This document shows positions 38,723-47,134 of a stretch of DNA of 63,171 bases, in pieces. The translations under genes were made by a program, and so were the position numbers. The notes under the pieces were generated by a model, which worked only from the letters and a program-made list of their open reading frames with translations, was not told where the DNA came from and ran no database searches. Location of the stretch: positions 1 to 63,171 of the IMG/VR virus record IMGVR_UViG_3300028392_000001; one strand, given 5' to 3'. Position 1 is the first letter of the stretch. The number at the start of each line of letters is the position of its first letter. The stretch comes from a virus (Duplodnaviria; Caudoviricetes).

Positions 38723-39136
38723 CTAAATTGTTATTCCAAATATAGTTCGAGCATTTGTTATCAAATACTTTATTAACTCTCTTTGCTCTTCTAGTTCTAA
38801 CTCTACAAATCTTTTTCCTACTCTTACTGTTCCCTTTCCAAAAATATTAGGAACATTTTTATAGTAAAATTCTGAGCAAATTAAAGCATCGAGGTCGTTT
38901 ATACTCTTAATGTCTTTTCTTTCTTTTACTGTCTGAGAAACAATAAGTTTTTTTAAAACAGTTTCATAGTAATACTTTTCAAGAGTTTGGTTTTCCTCTG
39001 AGTTAGCAACAACAAGAGTTAGTTTTTTATCTGCGTTTGCGTAAGCGACAAGCAGAAACCTGTTTCTTCCTTCGGGGTCTGGAAACGTCATCTTTCCGCT
39101 TGTTAGAATTATATCTTCTTTGTATAGTATCGCCAT
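38723..39136 (-). CDS. Hypothetical protein
   Basis: 137-aa ORF. Confidence 0.6.
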   Translation of the reverse strand: MAILYKEDIILTSGKMTFPDPEGRNRFLLVAYANADKKLTLVVANSEENQTLEKYYYETVLKKLIVSQTVKERKDIKSINDLDALICSEFYYKNVPNIFGKGTVRVGKRFVELELEEQRELIKYLITNARTIFGITI

Positions 39137-39220
39137 AGTTAAAATCGTTATTGTATTTATTATTAAGAACTATCAATGTAGCAGCAAGTGCCCACAGTGC
39201 TATAAATATTAAAGCTCCCA

Positions 39221-39508
39221 TTACGCTTCTTCTTTTTCTACTCGCTGGTTAATTTCGAGATGATTAAGATTACAGATTCTTCCATCAGAAAGCTCTACGT
39301 TTACATACTCGTTTATTTGCTTTCCGAGCCACATACAGCATTTGACATATGTTTCTATACTCAATCCGTATCCTTGCTCTACTCGAGCAAGGTCGGTATG
39401 TCCTATTCCAATCTGACTTGCAGCTTCTCGCAGAGAGAGTTCTTTTACAACAACTCTCCTAACTTGAAGTTCTTTTCTAAACGCATTACTTATTGTTACG
39501 GAAATCAT
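39221..39508 (-). CDS. XRE-family helix-turn-helix regulator
   Basis: LSLREAASQIGIGHTDLARVEQG. Confidence 0.8.
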   Translation of the reverse strand: MISVTISNAFRKELQVRRVVVKELSLREAASQIGIGHTDLARVEQGYGLSIETYVKCCMWLGKQINEYVNVELSDGRICNLNHLEINQRVEKEEA

Positions 39509-39988
39509 CTACTTATGTTTTATTGTTAAGTTATCAAATTTTCCTCCTTGTTGTCCTTTTGAAAAGCAGAAATCTATTCGCTTAGTAAATCTCTTGTTCA
39601 TTACATCTCTTACAATCCAGACGCTATCAACGTCAGTAGGCATCCTATTGCCTGACACTATAACTGTATCTCCGAAACGAAAGTACTGCTTTAGGTCGCG
39701 ACTTATTGCCAAGCACCTCGAATTGTAAGGACAGTCGTGGTCTATTTCAAAGCCACTTGCTGTCACGTATGGACTGTTGTCGCACTGTTCTTTAGTACAA
39801 TAGTACGTCGTAGCCACAACTGAAGGCAAGGATACTCTCCTTGTGTCAACAGTTTTACTTCTGAAGTAAACTATTTTAGCTTTTGGCAGATTGCTTTCTT
39901 TCGACGTCAATACTAGTACTTGACAAGCAAGAGCCGTAGCGTAAAACAGTCCAACTATAATTATAACAAGTTCTTGTTTGCTTTTCAT
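39509..39988 (-). CDS. 3D-domain (MltA-like) cell-wall protein with N-terminal TM/signal
   Basis: ATTYY, TASG, AISRD, GDTVIV, VRDVMNKRFTKRIDF motifs. Confidence 0.8.
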   Translation of the reverse strand: MKSKQELVIIIVGLFYATALACQVLVLTSKESNLPKAKIVYFRSKTVDTRRVSLPSVVATTYYCTKEQCDNSPYVTASGFEIDHDCPYNSRCLAISRDLKQYFRFGDTVIVSGNRMPTDVDSVWIVRDVMNKRFTKRIDFCFSKGQQGGKFDNLTIKHK

Positions 39989-39993
39989 ACTAT

Positions 39994-40209
39994 TTAGTTT
40001 TTAATTTTAGAATAAGTTATATACTGAATAAAAGTTCTTAGCGCTATAGACCTTTCAAGTCTTTTGACTCCTTCGATTCCTTCTTTTCTCAACGAAAACA
40101 TTCTGCTTTTAATAAGAATCTTTTCACATTCAAGAAGCTTTCTTTCTACTTTAGTCAATTCCATTCCTTCGAGAACAGAAACTACTTCTTTTATTTTGAG
40201 CCTAGCCAT
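39994..40209 (-). CDS. Small basic hypothetical protein (start reassigned to MARLK)
   Basis: The upstream in-frame extension lies in the AG/CT-free element. Confidence 0.5.
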   Translation of the reverse strand: MARLKIKEVVSVLEGMELTKVERKLLECEKILIKSRMFSLRKEGIEGVKRLERSIALRTFIQYITYSKIKN

Positions 40210-40262
40210 AGTTTTATAGGGTTGTTTTGTCGCCCGTTGTTGTTGCAAATTATCAAAAATAA

Positions 40263-40352
40263 GCCCGTTTATTTGCGTTTTAAACGTGTTAAAACGTTTG
40301 AACGTGTTATGTATTACCGAAAATTAAAAACGTTTATAACGATTAAAATGGC
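40263..40352 (+). repeat. AG/CT-free dispersed element copy 6
   Basis: gcccgtttatttgcgttttaaacg...aaaaacgtttataacgatt. Confidence 0.8.
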
Positions 40353-40588
40353 TTAAGTTTAATCTTGTATTTCTTTGCAAGTTCTTTTACATCTTTCTTG
40401 TCAACTCCTACAAGGAATCCTGTGTTTGAAATAAAAACCTCTTCACCTGTTTTTTCATCAGCGTAATACAGTTGAAAGAAATATCCTGCTTTAAATCCAG
40501 GAACTTGGTCGAAACCGTAAGCTACAGTTACTTCTTTTTGAGTACCGTCTAGCATTGTTGCTGTTACTTGGTGTTGTATTCTGCTCAT
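40343..40588 (-). CDS. Hypothetical protein
   Basis: 81 aa; VAYGFD..GYFFQ. Confidence 0.6.
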   Translation of the reverse strand: MSRIQHQVTATMLDGTQKEVTVAYGFDQVPGFKAGYFFQLYYADEKTGEEVFISNTGFLVGVDKKDVKELAKKYKIKLKPF

Positions 40589-40591
40589 GAT

Positions 40592-40795
40592 TTATGATAG
40601 TTTAGGTAGTTTTTTGTATTTTAAATTTTCAAACTTCGAGTCGTTACAGTTAAGATTGTATTCTTGCCTTAACTTTCTTAAGTCCGTTGGAGGAATTTCG
40701 AGAATTGCTTCAACAACATTAAGTCTTTCTTCAAGAAAGAATTGCTCTCTTCCGGCAGAAGAAATATCTAAAGGAAACCTATATGTAATATACAA
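40592..40795 (-). CDS. Hypothetical protein
   Basis: 67-aa ORF. Confidence 0.45.
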   Translation of the reverse strand: MYITYRFPLDISSAGREQFFLEERLNVVEAILEIPPTDLRKLRQEYNLNCNDSKFENLKYKKLPKLS

Positions 40796-40855
40796 TTACC
40801 TATTACTAAGAATGTCTTCTCTTATTTGCAAAAAGTCTTTGCTCGCTTAACATGA

Positions 40856-41476
40856 TTAAAGTAGTTTTCCAAGTGAAGTAATAAGAATAGAGAACCTTTC
40901 GCGGAAATCGAGTTCGTCTTTTCTGAAGTCAAAATTGTCAAATGCCCCGTCCGTTAACTCTTCAGGCTTTTCGTAGCCATGAAAGTTTTTAACCCACTCT
41001 TTATGCAGTTGAGCCAAGTCTGCATCTTTTATTTTCGGAGTGTTTCCAACCAAGTGAGGTATGTTTGCAAAGTCATAAATAGCTTTGTCAATTCGCAGCT
41101 CTATCTTTTTGATTTCTTCTTTAAAGACGGGAGAAAGGTTTTTGATAGGAGAAGATATGTCGCCAATGTATGCTTCGTGAGCATCGTGAAGTAGCGCAGC
41201 AAGAGCTTCTTGAACTTCAGGATACCATCTCCTTTTTACAATTTCTCCTATATATTTTTCAGGAACAATAGAAAGAGAAGTGTTAATGCTATGCCTTGCA
41301 ACAGTTATCGGTATGTGAGTGTGAGCATTCCACCTAAAAGTCCTAGCCAAACTCCATGAAATGTCAACAATAGAAACCATCTCTTTGGTCGGATTAAGAA
41401 GGTCAAATTCTACTCCTGAAAACGTAGCCATGCATCCTTCGCGGTAGTCACTCAAATTTCTTTTAATTATATTCAT
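40856..41476 (-). CDS. HD-domain phosphohydrolase (5'-deoxynucleotidase-like)
   Basis: TFSG..FDLLNP, DIS.SLA..RW..H, TVARHS, ALLHDAHEAYIGDISSPIK, IKDAD. Confidence 0.85.
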   Translation of the reverse strand: MNIIKRNLSDYREGCMATFSGVEFDLLNPTKEMVSIVDISWSLARTFRWNAHTHIPITVARHSINTSLSIVPEKYIGEIVKRRWYPEVQEALAALLHDAHEAYIGDISSPIKNLSPVFKEEIKKIELRIDKAIYDFANIPHLVGNTPKIKDADLAQLHKEWVKNFHGYEKPEELTDGAFDNFDFRKDELDFRERFSILITSLGKLL

Positions 41477-41503
41477 TGCTATTTACTTTGTTATTAAAGT
41501 TAG

Positions 41504-41577
41504 TGCTCCGTAAAGGACTCGAACCTTTGACCGTTACATTATGAGTGTACTGCTCTAACCAACTGAGCTAACGGAGC
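41504..41577 (-). tRNA. tRNA with CAT anticodon, probably tRNA-Ile2 (lysidine-modified, reads AUA)
   Basis: GCTCCGT acceptor stem, TAGCTCAGTTGGTTAGAGC D-arm, CTCATAA loop, GGTTCGAGTCC T-arm; C4/C5 acceptor pairs as in TilS substrates; no encoded CCA. Confidence 0.85.
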
Positions 41578-41585
41578 TGAAGAAA

Positions 41586-42026
41586 CTACTTAAGTTTCTT
41601 AAATTCTTTTTCCAATGAATCAAGTTTTGTCTGAGCATCTTCGATACAGAAGTCTAAAAGACTGCTGGCAAAAGAGTCTTCGTGCTTGTCCCTTTCAATG
41701 TACTCAGGAAGCTCAATTCCTTCTTTGCCGTTAGTGTGTTTAGCTTTTTTTTCTTTAAGACTGTTTACGTATCCTATTTGATAGTAAATAGTGTTCGCAA
41801 GTCTGTTTGCTTGTTCTAAAGTTTCTTTTTCCATGTTGTTTTTAGTTTTGTTTATAAATGATGAATAAGTCTCTTTTACTTTGTGCTCGTTAAAAACTCC
41901 ATCAACAGCTCCTTCCTTACATTGTTGCAGTAAATTTGCTTGTATTCTTTGAAGACAATTAGTTTTTTCTTCTTTCGTAAGAAGCGATTCATCTACTCCA
42001 CCCTGTACTTGTTTAGCGTTTTTCAT
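41586..42026 (-). CDS. Hypothetical protein (an internal start at MEKET is possible)
   Basis: 146-aa ORF. Confidence 0.5.
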   Translation of the reverse strand: MKNAKQVQGGVDESLLTKEEKTNCLQRIQANLLQQCKEGAVDGVFNEHKVKETYSSFINKTKNNMEKETLEQANRLANTIYYQIGYVNSLKEKKAKHTNGKEGIELPEYIERDKHEDSFASSLLDFCIEDAQTKLDSLEKEFKKLK

Positions 42027-42498
42027 TTGCTCTTTCGTTTATGAATTTAGGAATAGGTCTATCGGTCCATGACAGCAAATCGTTCTCGTACATTTCTGCA
42101 TACTCGTTGCGATAGCTTTCTATGGTGTTTATTTTGCCATTCTCAATACGATAGTTGTCGGTAGACACTACGCATGGAAAGGCTTCAAGTTCTCCTTCGT
42201 CAAGGTCGGGAAACTCTAATGAAAGCAACTCAACCTCGTGTTTAAGATAGTGAGACACTCCGTTTCTAAACTTGTATTCGTCAATGGCGCACTCAGCTAT
42301 CTTAACAACGATTTCGTAGTTAGAAGCATTGCGCTTACAGAACTCAACAAAGGGGTTTTTACTTGAGTGTTCAAGTCCAAATCGAGCTGGGCTTGTTACG
42401 TGAATAACAGATTCAATGGTTTCCGACAGATGTTCGTCTGCAAGATACCTAACAAGTTTTTCAGGGTTAAGGTCGAGGATGTAAAGATTATCTTCCAT
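42013..42498 (-). CDS. Pyrimidine-dimer DNA glycosylase-like protein, divergent and acidic
   Basis: NLYILD.NP...ADEH, NPFVEF.KRN..NY, EYKFR.G..H, SYRNEY, SWTDRPIP pattern of that family. Confidence 0.55.
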   Translation of the reverse strand: MEDNLYILDLNPEKLVRYLADEHLSETIESVIHVTSPARFGLEHSSKNPFVEFCKRNASNYEIVVKIAECAIDEYKFRNGVSHYLKHEVELLSLEFPDLDEGELEAFPCVVSTDNYRIENGKINTIESYRNEYAEMYENDLLSWTDRPIPKFINERANEKR

Positions 42499-42682
42499 TT
42501 TTTTTTGAAGTTATTTTGAGGTAAACGATTGTGCAAGAAATAGTCACTAAGGAAATCATTATCAAACTACATACAAACGAAGTAACAAATGGCGACAAAG
42601 GTAACACTCCAAGAGTAGGTAGGCAAACAGCCAAGCATATCCAAAGGTATTCTTTGCTACAGTGTTTTCTTATCTTTGCCAT
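42488..42682 (-). CDS. Small two-TM membrane protein
   Basis: Two hydrophobic segments in 64 aa. Confidence 0.55.
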   Translation of the reverse strand: MAKIRKHCSKEYLWICLAVCLPTLGVLPLSPFVTSFVCSLIMISLVTISCTIVYLKITSKKNGR

Positions 42683-43014
42683 TATCTTACTTTTTTGTTA
42701 TGTTGCTCAATCATTAATATAACTACATCAACTATGTTATCACTGTTTACAAACTCCGTAGCTTTAACTAGAATGTCATGGTTTGCTCGATAAGTTTCCC
42801 AAACAACTATGTCGGTATCTTTCTTAATGCAAACCTCTTCAAGCTGACCGTTAATGTCTACCATTATTCTTCCGCCTTCAGTGGTATGTTTCCTTATAAA
42901 ACGAAGCAGTCTTTGCTGCATTGAGTAGTCGGAACATATCTGAGGATTGTTGTTTATTCCCGTCCGAGTTCCTATTGAATAATAAGTACTGCCGTTGTGT
43001 TTGTGAGTAGCCAT
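42682..43014 (-). CDS. Hypothetical protein (start reassigned to MATHK)
   Basis: The longer ORF overlaps the tRNA-like element; ATG 43014 has the ATAACCTTTTAAA upstream motif. Confidence 0.6.
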   Translation of the reverse strand: MATHKHNGSTYYSIGTRTGINNNPQICSDYSMQQRLLRFIRKHTTEGGRIMVDINGQLEEVCIKKDTDIVVWETYRANHDILVKATEFVNSDNIVDVVILMIEQHNKKVR

Positions 43015-43062
43015 TTTGATTAAATTTTTTAAAAGGTTATTGTTAAGATTAAGAAAAAATTG

Positions 43063-43158
43063 TGACAAGGACAGGAGTCGAACCTGCACGAAGGCGAGCC
43101 ATTCCTCTCTATCTCCTTCTGTCTGTTAACTTAGCGTCTACCATTCCGCCACCTTGTC
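43063..43158 (-). ncRNA. tRNA-like RNA (Leu-type D and T arms, no canonical anticodon arm)
   Basis: GACAAGG/CCTTGTC-A acceptor, TGGCGGAATGGTAGACGC D-arm, GCAGGTTCGACTCCTGT T-arm; the middle 46 nt do not form a 5-bp/7-nt anticodon arm. Confidence 0.7.
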
Positions 43159-43165
43159 TTTGATA

Positions 43166-43405
43166 CTAGAGTCCTATGTCTGCATCGCTATATTGCTCGT
43201 AAGAAATGTCAGGGTTGTTTTCGTTAGAAAGACACCAGTTGCATTTGTTGTCGTCTTCGGTTGAAACGTAGCTGTACTCCATCTGGTTATCAACAATTAT
43301 CTCAAACTCCTCACCACAACTTTTACAGGTTTTAACTACTGTAACTTTACGCCTGTTGTTAATAACGTGGCGCTTTCTTTTTTTTGGTTCACTACTTTGA
43401 CTCAT
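43166..43405 (-). CDS. Small zinc-ribbon protein
   Basis: CKSC...CNWC. Confidence 0.65.
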   Translation of the reverse strand: MSQSSEPKKRKRHVINNRRKVTVVKTCKSCGEEFEIIVDNQMEYSYVSTEDDNKCNWCLSNENNPDISYEQYSDADIGL

Positions 43406-43408
43406 AGT

Positions 43409-43786
43409 CTATCTTTTTACCAAAGGTACATAGTCAAAATAGCATTTGCCATCAAGCTTTTCAGATGGCTTGCTTAATTCTTTGATTGACTCTTCAGACC
43501 AGTAGTCTATGTTGTGGTCTTCAATCATGAAAGCGGCAGTAAGTTCGGAATCATTAAGCTCTTCGTAAACAATCTCAATATCGTAGTAGTCTCCGAAGTC
43601 GTGCTCGTTCTTGTTAAACTTAAGCATACCAATAGGAATGTTAGGAATGTTCTCGGCAATCTCCTTAATCATACAGTTATACTCCATTCTCATTAAAGCC
43701 AACTGTATTTTTGGAGGAGTTTTTTTGTCAATGTTCCAAGTGTTCTCCAGACTAGGAGTACTGTCTATAAATATTGAGTTTTTCAT
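43409..43786 (-). CDS. Acidic hypothetical protein
   Basis: 125 aa; HDFGDYYDIEI. Confidence 0.6.
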   Translation of the reverse strand: MKNSIFIDSTPSLENTWNIDKKTPPKIQLALMRMEYNCMIKEIAENIPNIPIGMLKFNKNEHDFGDYYDIEIVYEELNDSELTAAFMIEDHNIDYWSEESIKELSKPSEKLDGKCYFDYVPLVKR

Positions 43787-44499
43787 TACGCTGCTTTTTT
43801 AGTTTTAGACTTGAATTTATTTGTTAAATTAAGATATTCATCAACAGAAATTACTTTGCTGGACTCTTTAAAGTAATAACCAATAAGGCTGATAGGTCTA
43901 TTGAAGGTCCAGTCATATACCTCTACGACAGGTTTCTTTTCGTCATAGAACCTTTCGTTTGCAGAAAGGTGGTATTCTATTTTAGAAAGAATCTCGTCGT
44001 TGTCAAAGATACTACCGGTTTCGTTAAACTTTTCCAAGTCCTCATCGTTAATCTCTCTGTCGTCAACAAAGGAAGAACTATTTTTGAAGATTCGGTATCC
44101 GCAAGTTGTATTGTAGAAAGGTCTTTCAATGCTGTCTTGAATCGCATCCATAATAACTACCTGACCTTTTCGGCAGGTAAATACTGCTGCAAGAAAGGTT
44201 GGCTTGTTGTCGTAAGCGAATTGCTCGTTTCTGATGTCGTTCATAAGAACTGTGTAACTTTTGCCCGTACATTCGAGGTCAACAACAGCGTGCCACATAG
44301 TTTTGTCTTCCTTGTTTTTCAAGGAGAAGAACTGACTTATGGTAGCATATCCTCGTATGTGGTGGCGCAGCTTTCCTCGCTCGTCTTCTCGAACTGTAGC
44401 AACTACACGTTGTCCGACGTGGAATCTGTTATCAAAGAATACTAGGGTTTTCTTATCTGCCGTTAGCAGAGGAGGCATGAAGTGTTTTTTACTTTCCAT
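43786..44499 (-). CDS. Hypothetical protein
   Basis: 237-aa ORF. Confidence 0.6.
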   Translation of the reverse strand: MESKKHFMPPLLTADKKTLVFFDNRFHVGQRVVATVREDERGKLRHHIRGYATISQFFSLKNKEDKTMWHAVVDLECTGKSYTVLMNDIRNEQFAYDNKPTFLAAVFTCRKGQVVIMDAIQDSIERPFYNTTCGYRIFKNSSSFVDDREINDEDLEKFNETGSIFDNDEILSKIEYHLSANERFYDEKKPVVEVYDWTFNRPISLIGYYFKESSKVISVDEYLNLTNKFKSKTKKAA

Positions 44500-44527
44500 T
44501 AGTTATTATTTTTAAAAAGGTTATGAA

Positions 44528-44830
44528 TTATACAGGTCTGTTGCAAGCAGTACAGTACCAACTGCCGTTTTTCCACTCGCCTTCGACTTCAATATCGCTT
44601 TCGCTTTCGCATCCATAAGAACATCCTTCGAAGTCCCAACAAGGCTCGTTCTGTTCTTCGAGAACCATAAAGCGACCATTCTCGTTTTCGTAGAATATTT
44701 TCTTATCAAAGTCCATTCCGTTCTCGAATGAAAGGATGTCTTCGATTGTGTCGCCAATCTTATCAAAGGTGGCTTCAGTTAGGTTTCGAGCTTTAGTTAC
44801 AGTCTTGTTCTTATATACTATGAGGTGCAT
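44528..44830 (-). CDS. Acidic Cys-containing hypothetical protein
   Basis: 100 aa; CSYGC...CTAC; directly downstream of promoter 44857-44888. Confidence 0.6.
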   Translation of the reverse strand: MHLIVYKNKTVTKARNLTEATFDKIGDTIEDILSFENGMDFDKKIFYENENGRFMVLEEQNEPCWDFEGCSYGCESESDIEVEGEWKNGSWYCTACNRPV

Positions 44831-44856
44831 ATCTTTGATGCTTTAAAATTGTTATA

Positions 44857-44888
44857 CAAATGTAATAAATTACGGTAATTTTTGCAAA
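44857..44888 (-). promoter_or_regulatory. Promoter with palindromic operator AATTACnGTAATT (44868-44880)
   Basis: Minus strand TTTG-N20-TACATTTG, a perfect Bacteroidota consensus. Confidence 0.75.
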
Positions 44889-44889
44889 T

Positions 44890-45114
44890 TTATTTTGACT
44901 GATTGCTTGGCAAATGTTTCTCGTAAATAAACCAGTTGGTGTCGAATGTAGGGTTGATATAGTTTTGCCACCACTCGTTCCAACTGTAACAAAAGGTAGA
45001 TTCATTTTCAACCATATCTTCTTTATTCATAAACAAGTACTCGCCATCATCAAAGTGACGGTGAGCAATTTTATTGCCAGCAATCATTGCATCTTGAGCT
45101 TCTATTTTAGTCAT
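44890..45114 (-). CDS. Hypothetical protein
   Basis: 74 aa; EAQDAM..GNKIAHRHF..GEYL. Confidence 0.6.
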   Translation of the reverse strand: MTKIEAQDAMIAGNKIAHRHFDDGEYLFMNKEDMVENESTFCYSWNEWWQNYINPTFDTNWFIYEKHLPSNQSK

Positions 45115-45509
45115 TGCTTCTGTTTTTTAATTAATAGTTCCTTAAGTTCGGTTAAATCTACTTTTGCGGTTTTTTCTAGATCATCTACTTTAAGGTTAAT
45201 TAAAGTTACTGTTCCATCAAGATTATCATGAACATTTTGAATAGCTCTCCATTCGTCAAGAGAAAGGTCAATTTTTCTTGCTTCTTTAATAAAAGATTCT
45301 TTTATAATCTCATAGCAATTTGTTATTCCATTTCCTTCTATTTCTGTTGTGTATTTTCTTTCGTCTATCCATCTTCCAACAGCACATCTTCTTCCATCAG
45401 AAGTAAGGTAGCGACAGTTTCCATCCTGAATAGCTACAGTAAAAGGGTCTTCAAAGTATGGCTTGAGGGTTTTAAGAATGAACTTTTGTTTTTTAAGATT
45501 TGTGCTCAT
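45111..45509 (-). CDS. Hypothetical protein
   Basis: CRYLTSDGRRCAVG...QNVHD motif. Confidence 0.6.
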   Translation of the reverse strand: MSTNLKKQKFILKTLKPYFEDPFTVAIQDGNCRYLTSDGRRCAVGRWIDERKYTTEIEGNGITNCYEIIKESFIKEARKIDLSLDEWRAIQNVHDNLDGTVTLINLKVDDLEKTAKVDLTELKELLIKKQKQ

Positions 45510-45527
45510 GATTAATTTTTTAAAAGG

Positions 45528-45866
45528 TTAAGAGTATATTTTTTGCAATAAAATAGTTTTTACTTTACTCGTGGCATCAATGTATTCCTTATCTGTTTCA
45601 AAAGCACTGTAAAAGGGAACATGGTAGATGTAAGCTTGGTCGCATTTTTCAGGCAGAACTATGTAGTTTTTTTCTTCAATATTTACAAGCGTGTAACTAT
45701 ACTTTTTGGCTTTGTCTGCTTCAGATATTCCGTCGTTAAGACTTTTGACGTCTTGTTGACTAAAGTTATCGCTAACAACTTTTGCTCTACGAGCTTCGTT
45801 AAAAAAGAAAACATCTTTCTGATTGCTTTTTTCAAAAGAAAGTATGCCGTAAATTAATAGTTTCAT
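45528..45866 (-). CDS. Hypothetical protein
   Basis: 112-aa ORF. Confidence 0.55.
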   Translation of the reverse strand: MKLLIYGILSFEKSNQKDVFFFNEARRAKVVSDNFSQQDVKSLNDGISEADKAKKYSYTLVNIEEKNYIVLPEKCDQAYIYHVPFYSAFETDKEYIDATSKVKTILLQKIYS

Positions 45867-45897
45867 TGGAGATTAAAGATTTAAAAAGGTTATAGGA

Positions 45898-46302
45898 TTA
45901 AAATTGCTCAGGTATTGCGCACACTTTGGTACTCCAGCTGTCAGTGTCAAGGCACTTGGTAAAGAAGTCTAGTCTTTTAAATATAATCTCAGGAATTATA
46001 AGCTGAGATGTTTCTAGCACTTCGATGGCTTTGGTTATTTTATGGTGCTCGTCTTTAAGTTCAAACATCATGTGCTGATAGTGCAAGAAAGGAACGGGAG
46101 TTAAAAGGAGGGTATACTTTTTAGAAACAGACATCTTGTAATCTCGGTGGTCGTATCCTTCAGAGTGAAGTTCGCTTACCTCAGTTAGGGAAAACTCGAT
46201 GTTGTCAGGTTGGGAGGTAAAAAGAAAGGTGAGAATATTGTCGTCGTAGTTGTCGAAGTCAGTCGAGATAGGTAAACCGAGGATAGATAAAAGGATTTTC
46301 AT
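45898..46302 (-). CDS. Hypothetical protein
   Basis: 134-aa ORF. Confidence 0.55.
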   Translation of the reverse strand: MKILLSILGLPISTDFDNYDDNILTFLFTSQPDNIEFSLTEVSELHSEGYDHRDYKMSVSKKYTLLLTPVPFLHYQHMMFELKDEHHKITKAIEVLETSQLIIPEIIFKRLDFFTKCLDTDSWSTKVCAIPEQF

Positions 46303-46379
46303 AAGATAAAAGATTTAAAGATTAAGAATGGAGAAATAGAAAACAAAAGAATAAAAGAAAAAACTGAGTCCCGCCCGCA

Positions 46380-46830
46380 ATGTTATAACTTAACTATATT
46401 AGCATATCTTATAATGTTCTATATTTTTATTAACTATAAAAGCTATAAAAGCTATTACAATAAAACAATTAAACAATTAAACAGGACAACAGTAAAACAT
46501 TTAAACATAGCAATCAACCTATCAAGGTAGTTAACAATATTTAAGTAGTAACAATAGTAAAACAGTAACAACTAAACAATATTACAATGACACAGTTTTA
46601 CAACTGAACATTAGAACCGTTAGAACAATAGTTACAACAGTAATAACTGTTATATATGTTTTAACCTTTTATATATTCTAAAACTATTTAATAATATACT
46701 GTAATTAAAACTATTATGAAACTGTAACTTTTAGAAACAATATAAAATAGTATTAACAGTATAAATTTAATAGTGAAAGAACATTTTTTATTTGTTATTG
46801 TATTAATTATTAGTATTTTAACTATTATAA
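46380..46830. other. Long AT-rich non-coding region with AACAAT/AACAGT micro-repeats (candidate origin or terminal region)
   Basis: No convincing ORF; very low GC; strongly A-skewed top strand. Confidence 0.5.
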
Positions 46831-47076
46831 TATTATAACAATGTTCTTAATGTTTAGGACTATAAGCCAGCGCACAACTTTTAAGTAAAAGTTTTTTTTT
46901 TCGAGACCAGATTTTTGCGAGTGAAAGTTAGACAGGAATTGGAGGGAGGAAATAGCTAATTTACAGTATAGTAAACTGATTCTTATTCCCAGTTTCAGAC
47001 ATTTTAACTGCGTTTTCACCTCAAAAATTCATTTTTAAGCCCACCTAAACGTGCCAAGTTCCTGCAATTTTCACAA

Positions 47077-47110
47077 AAAGAAACGCCCCACAATATTTTG
47101 TGAGGCGTTT
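47077..47110 (-). terminator. Rho-independent terminator after the 47135..47779 gene
   Basis: aaacgcc-cacaa-tattt-tgtg-a-ggcgttt hairpin with an A-run on the plus strand (T-run on minus). Confidence 0.65.
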
Positions 47111-47134
47111 CGGTTAGCATAGTAAGCCGGTTTT

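Noticed and set aside
24493-41476. 2-aminoadenine (Z-genome) pathway suggested by HD hydrolase plus MazG-like genes
   Set aside because: No PurZ or phage DNA polymerase recognised, the genes are not clustered, and an adenine methyltransferase is present
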